This document shows positions 1-7,963 of a stretch of DNA of 36,348 bases, piece after piece. The translations under genes and the position numbers were made by a program. The notes below the pieces were generated by a model. That model made no database searches. It was given only the letters and a program-made list of their open reading frames with translations, and had not been told where the DNA came from. How positions within the stretch are numbered: position 1 is the stretch's first letter; each line of letters starts with the position of its first letter. This DNA comes from a virus. Where the stretch lies: UHGV virus genome UHGV-0446651; one strand, written 5' to 3'.

Positions 1-1562
1 GACCTCCTGGTCCACAAGGCGCTCCGGGATTGGATGGTATACAGGGTCCAAAAGGCGAACAGGGAATTCCGGGACCTCAAGGGAATACAGGTGCTACTGG
101 ACCGCAGGGACCAGCCGGACAGTCCACCTATTTCCATATCAAGTATTCCTCAGTTGCGAATCCTACATTAAGTAGCCAGATGACGGAAACGCCGTCTACA
201 TACATTGGTACTTACGTAGATTCTGCTCAAGCGGATAGCACGGATCCAAAGAAATATACATGGTCACGCTTCCAAGGACTCCAAGGGCCACAGGGAACGC
301 AGGGCATACCTGGAACGAACGGCACAAACGGCAAGACAAGTTATCTGCACATTAAATATTCCAACGATGGAGGTAAAACGTTTACCGGGAACAGCGGAGA
401 AGATGTGGGAACGTATATCGGTACTTGTGTGGATTACAATCAGTCCGATCCTGCAAGTGTTGGATCTTATAAGTGGGCGAAGATTAAAGGGGAAAACGGA
501 CAGGATGGTCAGGATGGAGCAGACGGTCAGGACGGTGTTGGGATTAAATCTATTACAAAATACTACCTTGCATCCGAAAGAAGTACTGGAATCACGGTAT
601 CCTCTCTGGGATGGACTACTACGATGCAGTCCATGACGGAAACGAATAAATACCTGTGGAGTTATGACAAGATATACTACACCAACGGAAAAACAGTAAA
701 CACAACACCTGTGATTATCGGAGTGCACGGGCAAAACGGAAGTGACGGAACATCGGGCATCATCATATCTCAGACAGCACCGGAAAATCCAAAGGTTGGA
801 CAGCTCTGGCAGACAGCAAGCGGAGAGCCGATTAAAAGATGGGACGGCAGTAAGTGGGTGATCTATTACATTTCGGTAGAAAATCTGAATGTAGAGACGC
901 TAAGTGCGATTGCCGCAAACCTCGGAACTGTAACCGCTGGACTTATAAAGAGTCTGGACGGACACTTTTTTATCCAAGTAAATACCGGAGAGATCTACTC
1001 CGAGGATGAAAACGGGATAAACAGCTCTGCGATAAGCAAGGGCGTATTTGTAGCGAATGGGATGGACAGCGGCAGACACACAAGCTTGTCTATATTCCCA
1101 ACGCAGATTGCGCAGTATTTTGACGGAGCCACCATTTCCAACCTTGTTATTTTTAAACGGGACGGTATATTTGTTAAAAGCTCCGGATCATACGAAATAA
1201 ACATATCTAAAGCAACAAATTATGACTCCGGAAAAATAAAAGGACCATTCGCCAGCACAAACTCATCCAACTATATACAGGCGGAGCTAATAAGGAGAGG
1301 GTGCGTGGTTACATGTAAGATCACAGCGCTTATACAGTTTCCGAACACGGGATCACACGGGCCATTTGAAGAATTAAGGATCCCTGTAGGATATCGACCA
1401 GCCGTAGACATAGTAGAGACGTACAGCGAATTGGTTGGTACGTCAGTTATCGGGACTGGCAGATATTACATCACAAAAGATGGAGGAGTATCCATTGTAA
1501 CTGGCAAGACAGACTACTGTGAACGCATAAAGACATTTACATGGATCACAGATGACGAGTAA
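1..1562 (+). CDS. C-terminal part of tail-associated (Tal-like) fiber protein with collagen-like Gly-X-Y tracts and a duplicated ~55-aa domain. 5'-partial; continues from 34854..36348 if the sequence is circular.
   Basis: Frame 3 is open from nt 3 (PPGPQGAPGLDGIQGPKGEQ...). Several GXY tracts occur (GLQGPQGTQGIPGTNGTNG; GENGQDGQDGADGQDG). There is a repeated motif Y(F/L)HIKYS...TYIGT(Y/C)VD...Y(T/K)W. The ORF ends at 1562 with TAA. Confidence 0.75.
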   Translation, partial: PPGPQGAPGLDGIQGPKGEQGIPGPQGNTGATGPQGPAGQSTYFHIKYSSVANPTLSSQMTETPSTYIGTYVDSAQADSTDPKKYTWSRFQGLQGPQGTQGIPGTNGTNGKTSYLHIKYSNDGGKTFTGNSGEDVGTYIGTCVDYNQSDPASVGSYKWAKIKGENGQDGQDGADGQDGVGIKSITKYYLASERSTGITVSSLGWTTTMQSMTETNKYLWSYDKIYYTNGKTVNTTPVIIGVHGQNGSDGTSGIIISQTAPENPKVGQLWQTASGEPIKRWDGSKWVIYYISVENLNVETLSAIAANLGTVTAGLIKSLDGHFFIQVNTGEIYSEDENGINSSAISKGVFVANGMDSGRHTSLSIFPTQIAQYFDGATISNLVIFKRDGIFVKSSGSYEINISKATNYDSGKIKGPFASTNSSNYIQAELIRRGCVVTCKITALIQFPNTGSHGPFEELRIPVGYRPAVDIVETYSELVGTSVIGTGRYYITKDGGVSIVTGKTDYCERIKTFTWITDDE

Positions 1563-1574
1563 AGGAGCGGAAAA

Positions 1575-1895
1575 ATGAGAATTTTAAGATTTATAGCAAA
1601 TGGACAGATGCTTGAGCCTGATCCGGAATGTGATTTTACAGGATTGATCTCCGGAACAGAAGGATATCTACAAGCAGAGTTTGTATTTGATTCCGAGTGG
1701 ACAGGGTGCCGAGTTGCGGCGTCCTTTTTTAATCTCGGAAAAGAATACCCGACAATCGTAGAAAACGGGAAATGCGAAATTCCAGCAAAAGCATTAGACT
1801 TTCAGGATTTTTACGTGCAGCTTACAGGAATTCGGGATGGATACAAGATAACAACAAACAGGAAAATTGTAAGGCAAAGGAGACCGGGAGAATGA
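1575..1895 (+). CDS. Hypothetical protein (106 aa) between the two tail fiber genes.
   Basis: RBS GGAGCGGAAAA precedes the ATG. The stop overlaps the next start as ATGA at 1892-1895. Confidence 0.55.
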   Translation: MRILRFIANGQMLEPDPECDFTGLISGTEGYLQAEFVFDSEWTGCRVAASFFNLGKEYPTIVENGKCEIPAKALDFQDFYVQLTGIRDGYKITTNRKIVRQRRPGE

Positions 1896-4120
1896 CAGAA
1901 GCGGAGAAATTATTGCAAGAAACAAAGAGTGCAGTTGTCGCGGAAACGCAGACGGAAGATATCTGTGTGATCGACTCCGACCTGAGAATCATCGACATAC
2001 CGGAACAATTTAAAGTTCTGGGTGTCGAAAGCGATAAAGACGTAAAAGTGATGCAGTTTCGGATGCCGAAAGTTTATAAAGGAACAGACTTATCCGCATT
2101 TAATATCTCTGTAAACTACCAAAATGCCAGAGGGACGAAAGACCGGTATGTTGTTACGGATAAAAAAGTGTCCGGTGACCAGATCGAGTTTTCGTGGACG
2201 GTCGGGAAAACTGCAACTGTATACAGTGGAGACACCCGTTTTATTGTCTGTATGCGTCTCACGGGCTCTGATGGTATAATCCAAAAAGAGTTTAATACTA
2301 CACTCGCCACAATGACCGTACTGGAAGGACTTGAAGTTGACGATCCAGTAATCGAACAGGAAGAAAAAGACATTATCGCGCAGCTGTTACAGATCGTGAA
2401 TGATAAATCCAAAGAAGCAATACAGGCAGTGACAGAAGAGGGAACAAAGCAGATCAAAGCATTACAGTCTGCAACGTCTACCGCAGCAACAGCAAAGAAA
2501 AATCTTGATGCAGCAATCGGTGAAGCAAACACAGCAAAAAGTCAGTTGTCGGATGTGATCACCAGTGCCGGAAAGGTAAAAGCGGATTTATCGGAAGTCA
2601 TTACACAGGCAAACACCGCAAAATCAAAACTGGATGCTTCCGTTACTACTGCAAATCAGGTATTGCAGTCATTGGATGCAGAAAATACTTCCGCAGCATC
2701 CAATATTGAAGAATTGAGAAGTGAGAACTTCAACAGTCAGGAAATTCTTGCAGGTGTGGCAGATTTAAGGGCTTACTTAGGTCTGACAGATGATGACATT
2801 GTTGGTGTGCAAGTGGATTATAAAAATAAATCATTCAAACGTATTGCAGGTGCGGTCAATCTGACAAAAGGTGCAGATTTTGACCGTTTTTCTATGTTCG
2901 GTGGTCGTAGACGCTGCAATGTTGCGGATGATGGTACTATCGTAGCATGGCATGGTGACCCGGACTATAAAGAAGATGGCACTATGGGTCAGGTAATGGT
3001 GTATCAGCCAAAGTTTTACTATTTGGTTTGCCCGGTGGTATATGACCCGATAGAAACGGGAATAGGTTACCATTTGAGAAAAGCAAACTATTATGTGTCA
3101 GAAAAACCACGTGCAGGTTTCAGACTGCATCCGGCTTTCTATGATGCGAATGGTAATGAAATTGACTATTTCCTCACATCTGCTTATAAAGGTAGTATTT
3201 GGGATGCAGACGGTGATGCATATTTGTTACAAGATGAACAGGTTATGAATGCAGGTGGAGATAAATTTTCTTCAATTTCAGGTGCAAGACCTGCATCCGG
3301 TTCAACTCAGGGACTTACAAGAACAGCTATTGAACAGATGGCACAAAATAGAGGTGCAAATTGGCATGGTGATCTTATTAAACAAGTTTCTGCTGAACAA
3401 ATGCTTATGATCATTGAAATGGGAATGATGAACTTACAAACAGCTATTGCACAAGGTGTTGTTACATTGCCTTGGGAAACTGGAAGTGATAAGACAAGTT
3501 CATATGCCGCTGTGACTGGAAGTACATCAGGTATTGGAAACGGTACTGGAAGGGCAGAAAGAACAACTACTTATGAAGGTGGTGTTGCAAAAGAATACAC
3601 CGTTGATGGTAAAACATCAGTTTGTTGGAGAGGTAAAGAAAACTTTTGGGGAAACATTTGGAAGTTTGTTTATGGAATTAATATTTGGGGTAATGGAAAA
3701 ATGGGGGGCGGTCAGCCTTACATTTGTTCTGATTTCAACTTTGCTGAAAACAAAAATAGCGGAAACTATGAGGGTGCGGGATTTACAGCAACTAATGTTG
3801 CAGGTTATATTTCAGCAATGGGATATTCTACAATTTGCGATTGGTTATTTATAGCATCTGAATGTACTGGAAACAGTTCTTTACCCGTTGGAGATTATAC
3901 TTATATTACACAAAATCTAAACGGTTACCGTATTGCTCGGTTGGGCGGTGGCTGGGCTGATGGCGGTAGTGCGGGTGCTTTCTGTTGGAATCTGACTGCC
4001 GGTGTGGGTTATCGTTTTCGGGCTCTCGGCGGTCGCTTGGTATATATCCCAACACGTGATTCTGCTGAATATACTGCCGCCATTGCATCATGGAAGGAAC
4101 AGATGAAGAAAGCAGCATAA
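1892..4120 (+). CDS. Tail fiber / receptor-binding protein. N-terminal BppU-like domain, then alanine-rich coiled-coil segment, then Gly/Trp-rich C-terminal domain.
   Basis: ATG at 1892 with RBS GGAGACCGGGAGA; the track ORF begins upstream at 1772 but lacks an RBS. Heptad-like repeats AAIGEANTAKSQLSDVITSAGKVKADLSEVITQANTAKSKLDAS. Position is immediately after Tal. Confidence 0.7.
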   Translation: MTEAEKLLQETKSAVVAETQTEDICVIDSDLRIIDIPEQFKVLGVESDKDVKVMQFRMPKVYKGTDLSAFNISVNYQNARGTKDRYVVTDKKVSGDQIEFSWTVGKTATVYSGDTRFIVCMRLTGSDGIIQKEFNTTLATMTVLEGLEVDDPVIEQEEKDIIAQLLQIVNDKSKEAIQAVTEEGTKQIKALQSATSTAATAKKNLDAAIGEANTAKSQLSDVITSAGKVKADLSEVITQANTAKSKLDASVTTANQVLQSLDAENTSAASNIEELRSENFNSQEILAGVADLRAYLGLTDDDIVGVQVDYKNKSFKRIAGAVNLTKGADFDRFSMFGGRRRCNVADDGTIVAWHGDPDYKEDGTMGQVMVYQPKFYYLVCPVVYDPIETGIGYHLRKANYYVSEKPRAGFRLHPAFYDANGNEIDYFLTSAYKGSIWDADGDAYLLQDEQVMNAGGDKFSSISGARPASGSTQGLTRTAIEQMAQNRGANWHGDLIKQVSAEQMLMIIEMGMMNLQTAIAQGVVTLPWETGSDKTSSYAAVTGSTSGIGNGTGRAERTTTYEGGVAKEYTVDGKTSVCWRGKENFWGNIWKFVYGINIWGNGKMGGGQPYICSDFNFAENKNSGNYEGAGFTATNVAGYISAMGYSTICDWLFIASECTGNSSLPVGDYTYITQNLNGYRIARLGGGWADGGSAGAFCWNLTAGVGYRFRALGGRLVYIPTRDSAEYTAAIASWKEQMKKAA

Positions 4121-4211
4121 AGTTATAAATTCATAGGTTGAAAAGTTCGCTGATTTTGTTATGAGCCTGTAACGAAACACCATTATAAAAAATCACTCAA
4201 TTAGGCAGAAA

Positions 4212-4397
4212 ATGGAAACTGGGAACATGATGAACTATTCTGAATGGTGCTGCATTAACAGTTACAGGGGATGGTTGAAACATTGCGATTCTTTCCGGTT
4301 ACATCAAAAGTATGTTGTACCGCTGTTACCTTATGCGGATGATTACTATATACACAACATTAAACTAAAATCAAAGAAAGGACTGAAAGCAGCATGA
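4212..4397 (+). CDS. Hypothetical small Cys/Trp-rich protein (61 aa).
   Basis: ORF preceded by GGCAGAAA and an ATG. Stop is coupled to the next gene (ATGA). Confidence 0.35.
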   Translation: METGNMMNYSEWCCINSYRGWLKHCDSFRLHQKYVVPLLPYADDYYIHNIKLKSKKGLKAA

Positions 4398-4663
4398 AAG
4401 AGTATGGAACACAAAGAAGTACCGTCAAGCCCCTTGAACTGGAGTTGACGGAAACAAAAGTATTTGTAAGTTCAGACATTGTTCAAGTGGATGAACCGGA
4501 AACAGACGAACAGCCGGGATTTACTGGGTATGAATTTACCTTGACGGAATATGAAAAAGATGAATACATCAAATTACAGGCTGAAAAAAATGAATCTTTA
4601 GGTAAGCAAGTTACAGATACACAAGTAGCACTTACAGAAGTGTATGAAATGATTCTTGTGTAG
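4394..4663 (+). CDS. Hypothetical acidic protein (89 aa), in the XkdW position downstream of the fibers.
   Basis: RBS AAAGGACTGAAAGCAGC precedes the ATG. The protein is acidic, with VDEPETDEQPGFTGYEF. Confidence 0.5.
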   Translation: MKEYGTQRSTVKPLELELTETKVFVSSDIVQVDEPETDEQPGFTGYEFTLTEYEKDEYIKLQAEKNESLGKQVTDTQVALTEVYEMILV

Positions 4664-4678
4664 AAAGGGGTGCGAATT

Positions 4679-4786
4679 ATGGCAAAAGTTTATGCAGATT
4701 TGATTAAAAAGGGAATTAAAACAATTGATCAAGTTCCTGAAAGGTTGAGAGAAGAAGTTAAGAAGATTTTGGAAGGTGTTGAATAA
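4679..4786 (+). CDS. XkdX-like mini-protein (35 aa), copy 1 of a tandem duplicate.
   Basis: RBS GAAAGGGGTG precedes the ATG. The peptide MAKVYADLIKKGIKTIDQVPERLREEVKKILEGVE is paralogous to the next mini-ORF. Not in the track because it is under 60 aa. Confidence 0.55.
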   Translation: MAKVYADLIKKGIKTIDQVPERLREEVKKILEGVE

Positions 4787-4842
4787 TGCTGACCAAAATC
4801 TTTTTAATTATAAATCTTGTGTGTAGAAAGGGGGTAAATGAC

Positions 4843-4968
4843 ATGGCAGTAGTTTATGCAACACTTATCATCAAAGGTGTTAAGAAATTCGCTGATGTTC
4901 CGGCAAGAATTAAGGAACAGGTTAAACAGGTACTTATTGACCTTGATTGTCCTGAATTAGCAGAGTAA
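4843..4968 (+). CDS. XkdX-like mini-protein (41 aa), copy 2 of the tandem duplicate.
   Basis: Internal ATG of the track ORF 4786..4968, with RBS AAAGGGGGTAAATGAC. The peptide MAVVYATLIIKGVKKFADVPARIKEQVKQVLIDLDCPELAE matches copy 1, including the upstream GTGTAGAAAGGGG block. Confidence 0.55.
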   Translation: MAVVYATLIIKGVKKFADVPARIKEQVKQVLIDLDCPELAE

Positions 4969-4993
4969 CAAACAAATTATCACAGATACAATT

Positions 4994-5040
4994 ATAACCG
5001 CTATATCAACATTATATAACGTCTGATAGCGGTTATTTTG
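4994..5040 (+). terminator. Terminator-like hairpin between the fiber/XkdX module and the lysis cassette.
   Basis: Perfect 11-bp stem ATAACCGCTAT / ATAGCGGTTAT with a 21-nt loop, followed by TTTTG. Confidence 0.45.
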
Positions 5041-5063
5041 TATCAAAGAAAGGAAGTAGAACA

Positions 5064-5399
5064 TTGGGAAAATTAGTATTAGAAACGTATAGAGTGGCAT
5101 TGCCAATCATCTTGACCGCATTTATGGGATATATTGTTTGGTTGCTAAAAGAACAGAAAAAAGACCGGGATGCAAATGCAGAAGGTACAAAAATGCTTTT
5201 GATGATAAAGATGTTTGAATATCACGATAAGTATATGACATTAGGGGATATTCCATCACACGCATATAGCAATTTTCAAAAGATGTATCAATGCTATATG
5301 GATATGGGGGATGGTAACCCGTCTGTTAAAAAAATGAAACAGGAAATTGATGAATTACATTTAAAAAGAAAAGAGGTAGAAACGTATGAAAAATATTAA
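5064..5399 (+). CDS. Membrane protein with one N-terminal TM helix and a cytoplasmic C-domain. Possible holin-like or lysis accessory protein.
   Basis: TTG start with RBS AAGGAAG. The hydrophobic segment is LPIILTAFMGYIVWLL. It sits directly upstream of, and overlaps, the holin gene. Confidence 0.45.
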   Translation: MGKLVLETYRVALPIILTAFMGYIVWLLKEQKKDRDANAEGTKMLLMIKMFEYHDKYMTLGDIPSHAYSNFQKMYQCYMDMGDGNPSVKKMKQEIDELHLKRKEVETYEKY

Positions 5400-5634
5400 C
5401 TGGGTAGTAAGAATTAAAAACAAGGCTTTCTGGGTAGCGCTGATCCCAGCAATCTTACTATTGATACAGGCGATTGCGGCAGTGTTTGGTCTTACCATCG
5501 ACCTTGGAGACCTTGGGGATAAGCTATTAACCGTAATCAATGCACTTTTTGCAGTACTGGCAATCCTTGGTGTAGTGGTAGACCCAACAACACCTGGCAC
5601 AGGAGATTCAGAGAGGGCACTTACATATAAGTAG
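5386..5634 (+). CDS. Holin, phiLC3/SPP1-type (phage_holin_1 family).
   Basis: The peptide is 82 aa. It contains KNKAFWVALIPAILLLIQ...GDLGDKLLTVINALFAVLAILGVVVDPTTPGTGDS, a signature of this holin family. It lies immediately upstream of the endolysin. Confidence 0.8.
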   Translation: MKNINWVVRIKNKAFWVALIPAILLLIQAIAAVFGLTIDLGDLGDKLLTVINALFAVLAILGVVVDPTTPGTGDSERALTYK

Positions 5635-5701
5635 ATAATTTCAGGGAGCTTGGAAACAGGCTCTCTTTTATTGTCGACATCGCACAGAAAGGAGAAGAAA
5701 T

Positions 5702-6439
5702 ATGAGTATTTGTCGTGGAGTAGCAGGAAACAGAGGAAGAAATCCGGTAGGAATCTTTTTTCACAATGACGCTGGAAGCAAGAACGCCAATGCAGAATTT
5801 TACAGAAATTGGTTACAGACACATCCTCTGGAAAACGGATTTGCGCACTATTATGTAGCGCAGGATGGAATCTTGCAGGCAGAGGATGACTGGAATTGTG
5901 CTTGGCACTGCAGAGACACCAGCGGAAATCTGAATTATCTGAGTATCGAAGTCTGCCAGAGTATGGGCGATCTGAATGTATTTAAAGCGAATGAGGAAAA
6001 AGCATTACAGTTGGCAGCACAGAAGTGCAAGCAGTATGGAATTACACCAAGTGCAAGCACGATCATGCTGCATCAGGAGGTGTTTGCAACCGCTTGTCCG
6101 CACAGATCAGTGGAGATTCACGGCGGCGCAGCGCAGACAAAAGCCTATTTTATTAACCGTATCAAGGAGCTTATAAACGGAAACCAAAGCACAACAACAG
6201 ATCAGGAAGGAGAAGAGACTATGCAGTGTATGTTTACGGTAGAGGGAAAAGGATGTGTTTATTGGATGCATGATGGAGTTGTAACACCTTTGGAGCATCC
6301 AGACGAAATGAAGATTTTACAGGAGATCTATAAAGCGAATTATGGACATGATATGCCAACTTACAAGTGGAGCCCAAACGGACCGTGGTATGTGAGACTG
6401 ATGGCGCCATTGTATCGGGATCCAGTCAAAACTATTTAA
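5702..6439 (+). CDS. Endolysin: N-acetylmuramoyl-L-alanine amidase (Amidase_2/PGRP fold), with a C-terminal domain of unknown, putative wall-binding type.
   Basis: Contains GIFFHNDAGS...AHYYV...SIEV...HQEVFATACPH. Follows the holin and is followed by a terminator hairpin. Confidence 0.8.
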   Translation: MSICRGVAGNRGRNPVGIFFHNDAGSKNANAEFYRNWLQTHPLENGFAHYYVAQDGILQAEDDWNCAWHCRDTSGNLNYLSIEVCQSMGDLNVFKANEEKALQLAAQKCKQYGITPSASTIMLHQEVFATACPHRSVEIHGGAAQTKAYFINRIKELINGNQSTTTDQEGEETMQCMFTVEGKGCVYWMHDGVVTPLEHPDEMKILQEIYKANYGHDMPTYKWSPNGPWYVRLMAPLYRDPVKTI

Positions 6440-6446
6440 TAAAATC

Positions 6447-6476
6447 CCCCTCGGAGATTAGCTCTCTGAGGGGTGA
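6447..6476 (+). terminator. Rho-independent terminator after the lysis cassette.
   Basis: CCCCTCGGAG-attagc-CTCTGAGGGG gives a stem of about 10 bp with one G.U pair, followed by a T-rich tail. Confidence 0.55.
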
Positions 6477-6491
6477 ATATTGTATCATCTT

Positions 6492-6527
6492 TCGTGTTGC
6501 ATATCGTGTTGCATATCGTGTTGCATA
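6492..6527. repeat. Integrase arm-type site candidates, left arm: 3 perfect tandem copies of TCGTGTTGCATA, plus one inverted half-copy (TGCAACAC) at about 6539-6546.
   Basis: Direct 12-bp tandem repeats read in the sequence. The same motif recurs on the other side of the tRNA-like core at about 6707-6730. Confidence 0.6.
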
Positions 6528-6638
6528 TCAGTGTAAAATGCAACACAAATTATAAAATATTATATTTTTTATAAAATAGTATATCCGATAAAGCCAATAA
6601 AAAAGGGAATCTACGATTTCTCGCGATTCCCTATAAAA

Positions 6639-6686
6639 TGGACCTGGCGGGAGTCGAACCCTCACAATTTTGATTAAAACGCACGT
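6639..6686 (-). other. attP core candidate: 3' ~45 nt of a tRNA-Lys(UUU)-like gene (anticodon loop, T-arm and acceptor 3' strand) on the minus strand.
   Basis: Minus strand reads ...gTTTTAATCAaaattgtGAGGGTTCGACTCCCgCCAGGTCCa. The T-loop is TTCGACT. TTTTAATCA matches the anticodon-loop/3'-stem of Firmicute tRNA-Lys. No 5' half is present. Adjacent to int. Coordinates are +/-2. Confidence 0.55.
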
Positions 6687-6690
6687 AAAA

Positions 6691-7797
6691 TCACGCTTCC
6701 TTTTCTGCGTGTTGCATTTCGTGTTGCATATTCTCAAAATGTGAGTTTACTTTATCGATAAATTTCTTGTCTTCTGCATCAATCGTGTTGCGATAGACTT
6801 TTTTTAACACGCGATCAGATTTCCAACCGCCACGCTTCATTATATACTGGTCCGGTATCCCGATAGCGTGCATGATCGATGCGGTATAATGTCTGAGATC
6901 GTGGAATCGGAACTTTGGTATCCCTGCCGCTTGCAGTATACGCCCAAACTTTTTAGAGATATCTTCCGGGTGCATCTTAACAAGTTTTCCTTCTACATCA
7001 TCAAATTTCCGTATAACAAATTCTGGAAAAATAATATATCGGTAACTCTTTTTCGTCTTAGGTGACTTCTCGATCATCCCTTTTCTTCCGCGCACTCTTG
7101 TAATCCGGACTCTAATCGAATTTCCGTTTATATCCTCTTTTTCAAGCCCACACACTTCCCCACGTCTAAGGCTGCCAAAAGCGGCAAGAAGAACAGCTTT
7201 CTCAAGTTCTGTCCCCTTGATGTAGTTTATAAGATTTACAATATCTTGGTCGGAAGGAGTATAATATTCCAGCTCTTCGGATTGCGGGAGTGTAGTTTTG
7301 AACGTCCGGTCCGGAGCGTACATGGACATTACCGGAATGAAGAGACCGTAAGCATTTTTGACAGTTTTTGGAGATAGCCTTGCAGATAGATTATTGACCC
7401 ATATCTGTACATCCTCTTGTGTGATTTTTCGGATGTTAATTTCCTCAATATCCCCAATTTGGTTATTCATGATTGTTTCATAACCTCGCAGCGTTGTTTC
7501 TGATAATACATTTTCTTTCGCTTCTATATACCTTTTAAACGCTTGCTTTACAGTCATATTTTCCGGCCGTTTCTTAGTATCTCTTTCTGAAAGGAATGTA
7601 GCTGCCTGCGCTTCTGCATCCTGCTTTCCTTTTCTTCCTGGCAGATTGCTTGTGAAAGATTCGTAGATTCTCTTTTCCTTCTGTTTCCCTGTCTTCTCGT
7701 CGATAATTGGTTTTCCTTCCCTGTCGTATAGCTTTTCTTTGTGGCTATATACAAGACACCTCCATGTACCGGAGGGCAGCTGCTTTGCTGTTGCCAT
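6691..7797 (-). CDS. int: Tyrosine recombinase / phage integrase.
   Basis: C-terminal catalytic region HDLRHYTASIMHAIGIP...GGW...KVYR (R..H..R..Y type). Start taken at internal ATG 7797 with RBS AAGGAGATGACGAA; the track ORF extends to 7887 without an RBS. attP lies immediately downstream. Confidence 0.85.
   Translation of the reverse strand: MATAKQLPSGTWRCLVYSHKEKLYDREGKPIIDEKTGKQKEKRIYESFTSNLPGRKGKQDAEAQAATFLSERDTKKRPENMTVKQAFKRYIEAKENVLSETTLRGYETIMNNQIGDIEEINIRKITQEDVQIWVNNLSARLSPKTVKNAYGLFIPVMSMYAPDRTFKTTLPQSEELEYYTPSDQDIVNLINYIKGTELEKAVLLAAFGSLRRGEVCGLEKEDINGNSIRVRITRVRGRKGMIEKSPKTKKSYRYIIFPEFVIRKFDDVEGKLVKMHPEDISKKFGRILQAAGIPKFRFHDLRHYTASIMHAIGIPDQYIMKRGGWKSDRVLKKVYRNTIDAEDKKFIDKVNSHFENMQHEMQHAEKEA
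6707..6730. repeat. Integrase arm-type site candidates, right arm: 2 copies (GCGTGTTGCAT, TCGTGTTGCATA). They overlap the last codons of int.
   Basis: Same motif and orientation as the left-arm repeats. The integrase C-terminus ...MQHEMQHAEKEA is encoded across these repeats. Confidence 0.5.
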
Positions 7798-7963
7798 TTC
7801 GTCATCTCCTTTAAATTTAAGTATAAAAATAACAGCCAACGTGCGAACTGATGTTCCACTTGCATGACTGCTCCGAAGATGATACAATATTCTTGGATTT
7901 TAATCGCATATCTTCGGATATGTAGACCGTCTCAGTGTTGGTAGCACTGGGGCGGTTTTTATT

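Noticed and set aside
264-734. Minus-strand 156-aa ORF inside the Tal C-terminal gene. Same class as other antisense ORFs in the track: 995..1204, 2116..2532, 2831..3073, 3906..4118, 5361..5822, 11477..11848, 12752..13090, 13812..14276, 14762..15127, 15009..15288, 15483..15719, 16417..16701, 17110..17410, 18205..18878, 20321..20933, 21820..22129, 22074..22654, 22761..23469, 23473..23772, 25681..25977, 26911..27381, 27209..27815, 29178..29630, 31063..32100, 32710..33269, 35099..35329.
   Set aside because: All lie wholly inside longer plus-strand genes that have RBSs, operon coupling and recognisable products. They have no RBS. Several are just the antisense reading of Gly-X-Y or Ala-rich repeats. 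Treated as non-coding.
6492-6527. Possible CRISPR array from TCGTGTTGCATA x3.
   Set aside because: Repeats are only 12 bp, directly abutting with no spacers, and mirrored on the other side of an attP core. They fit integrase arm sites, not CRISPR.
6367-6737. ORFs 6367..6555 (+) and 6528..6737 (-) spanning the attP region. The first encodes RVAYRVAYRVAY from the tandem repeats.
   Set aside because: Their sequence is dictated by the 12-bp arm-type repeats and the tRNA-like core. No RBS. This is a recombination site, not coding sequence.
7798-7887. 30-aa N-terminal extension of the integrase from a TTG start.
   Set aside because: A strong RBS (AAGGAGA) precedes the internal ATG at 7797. The extension has no RBS.
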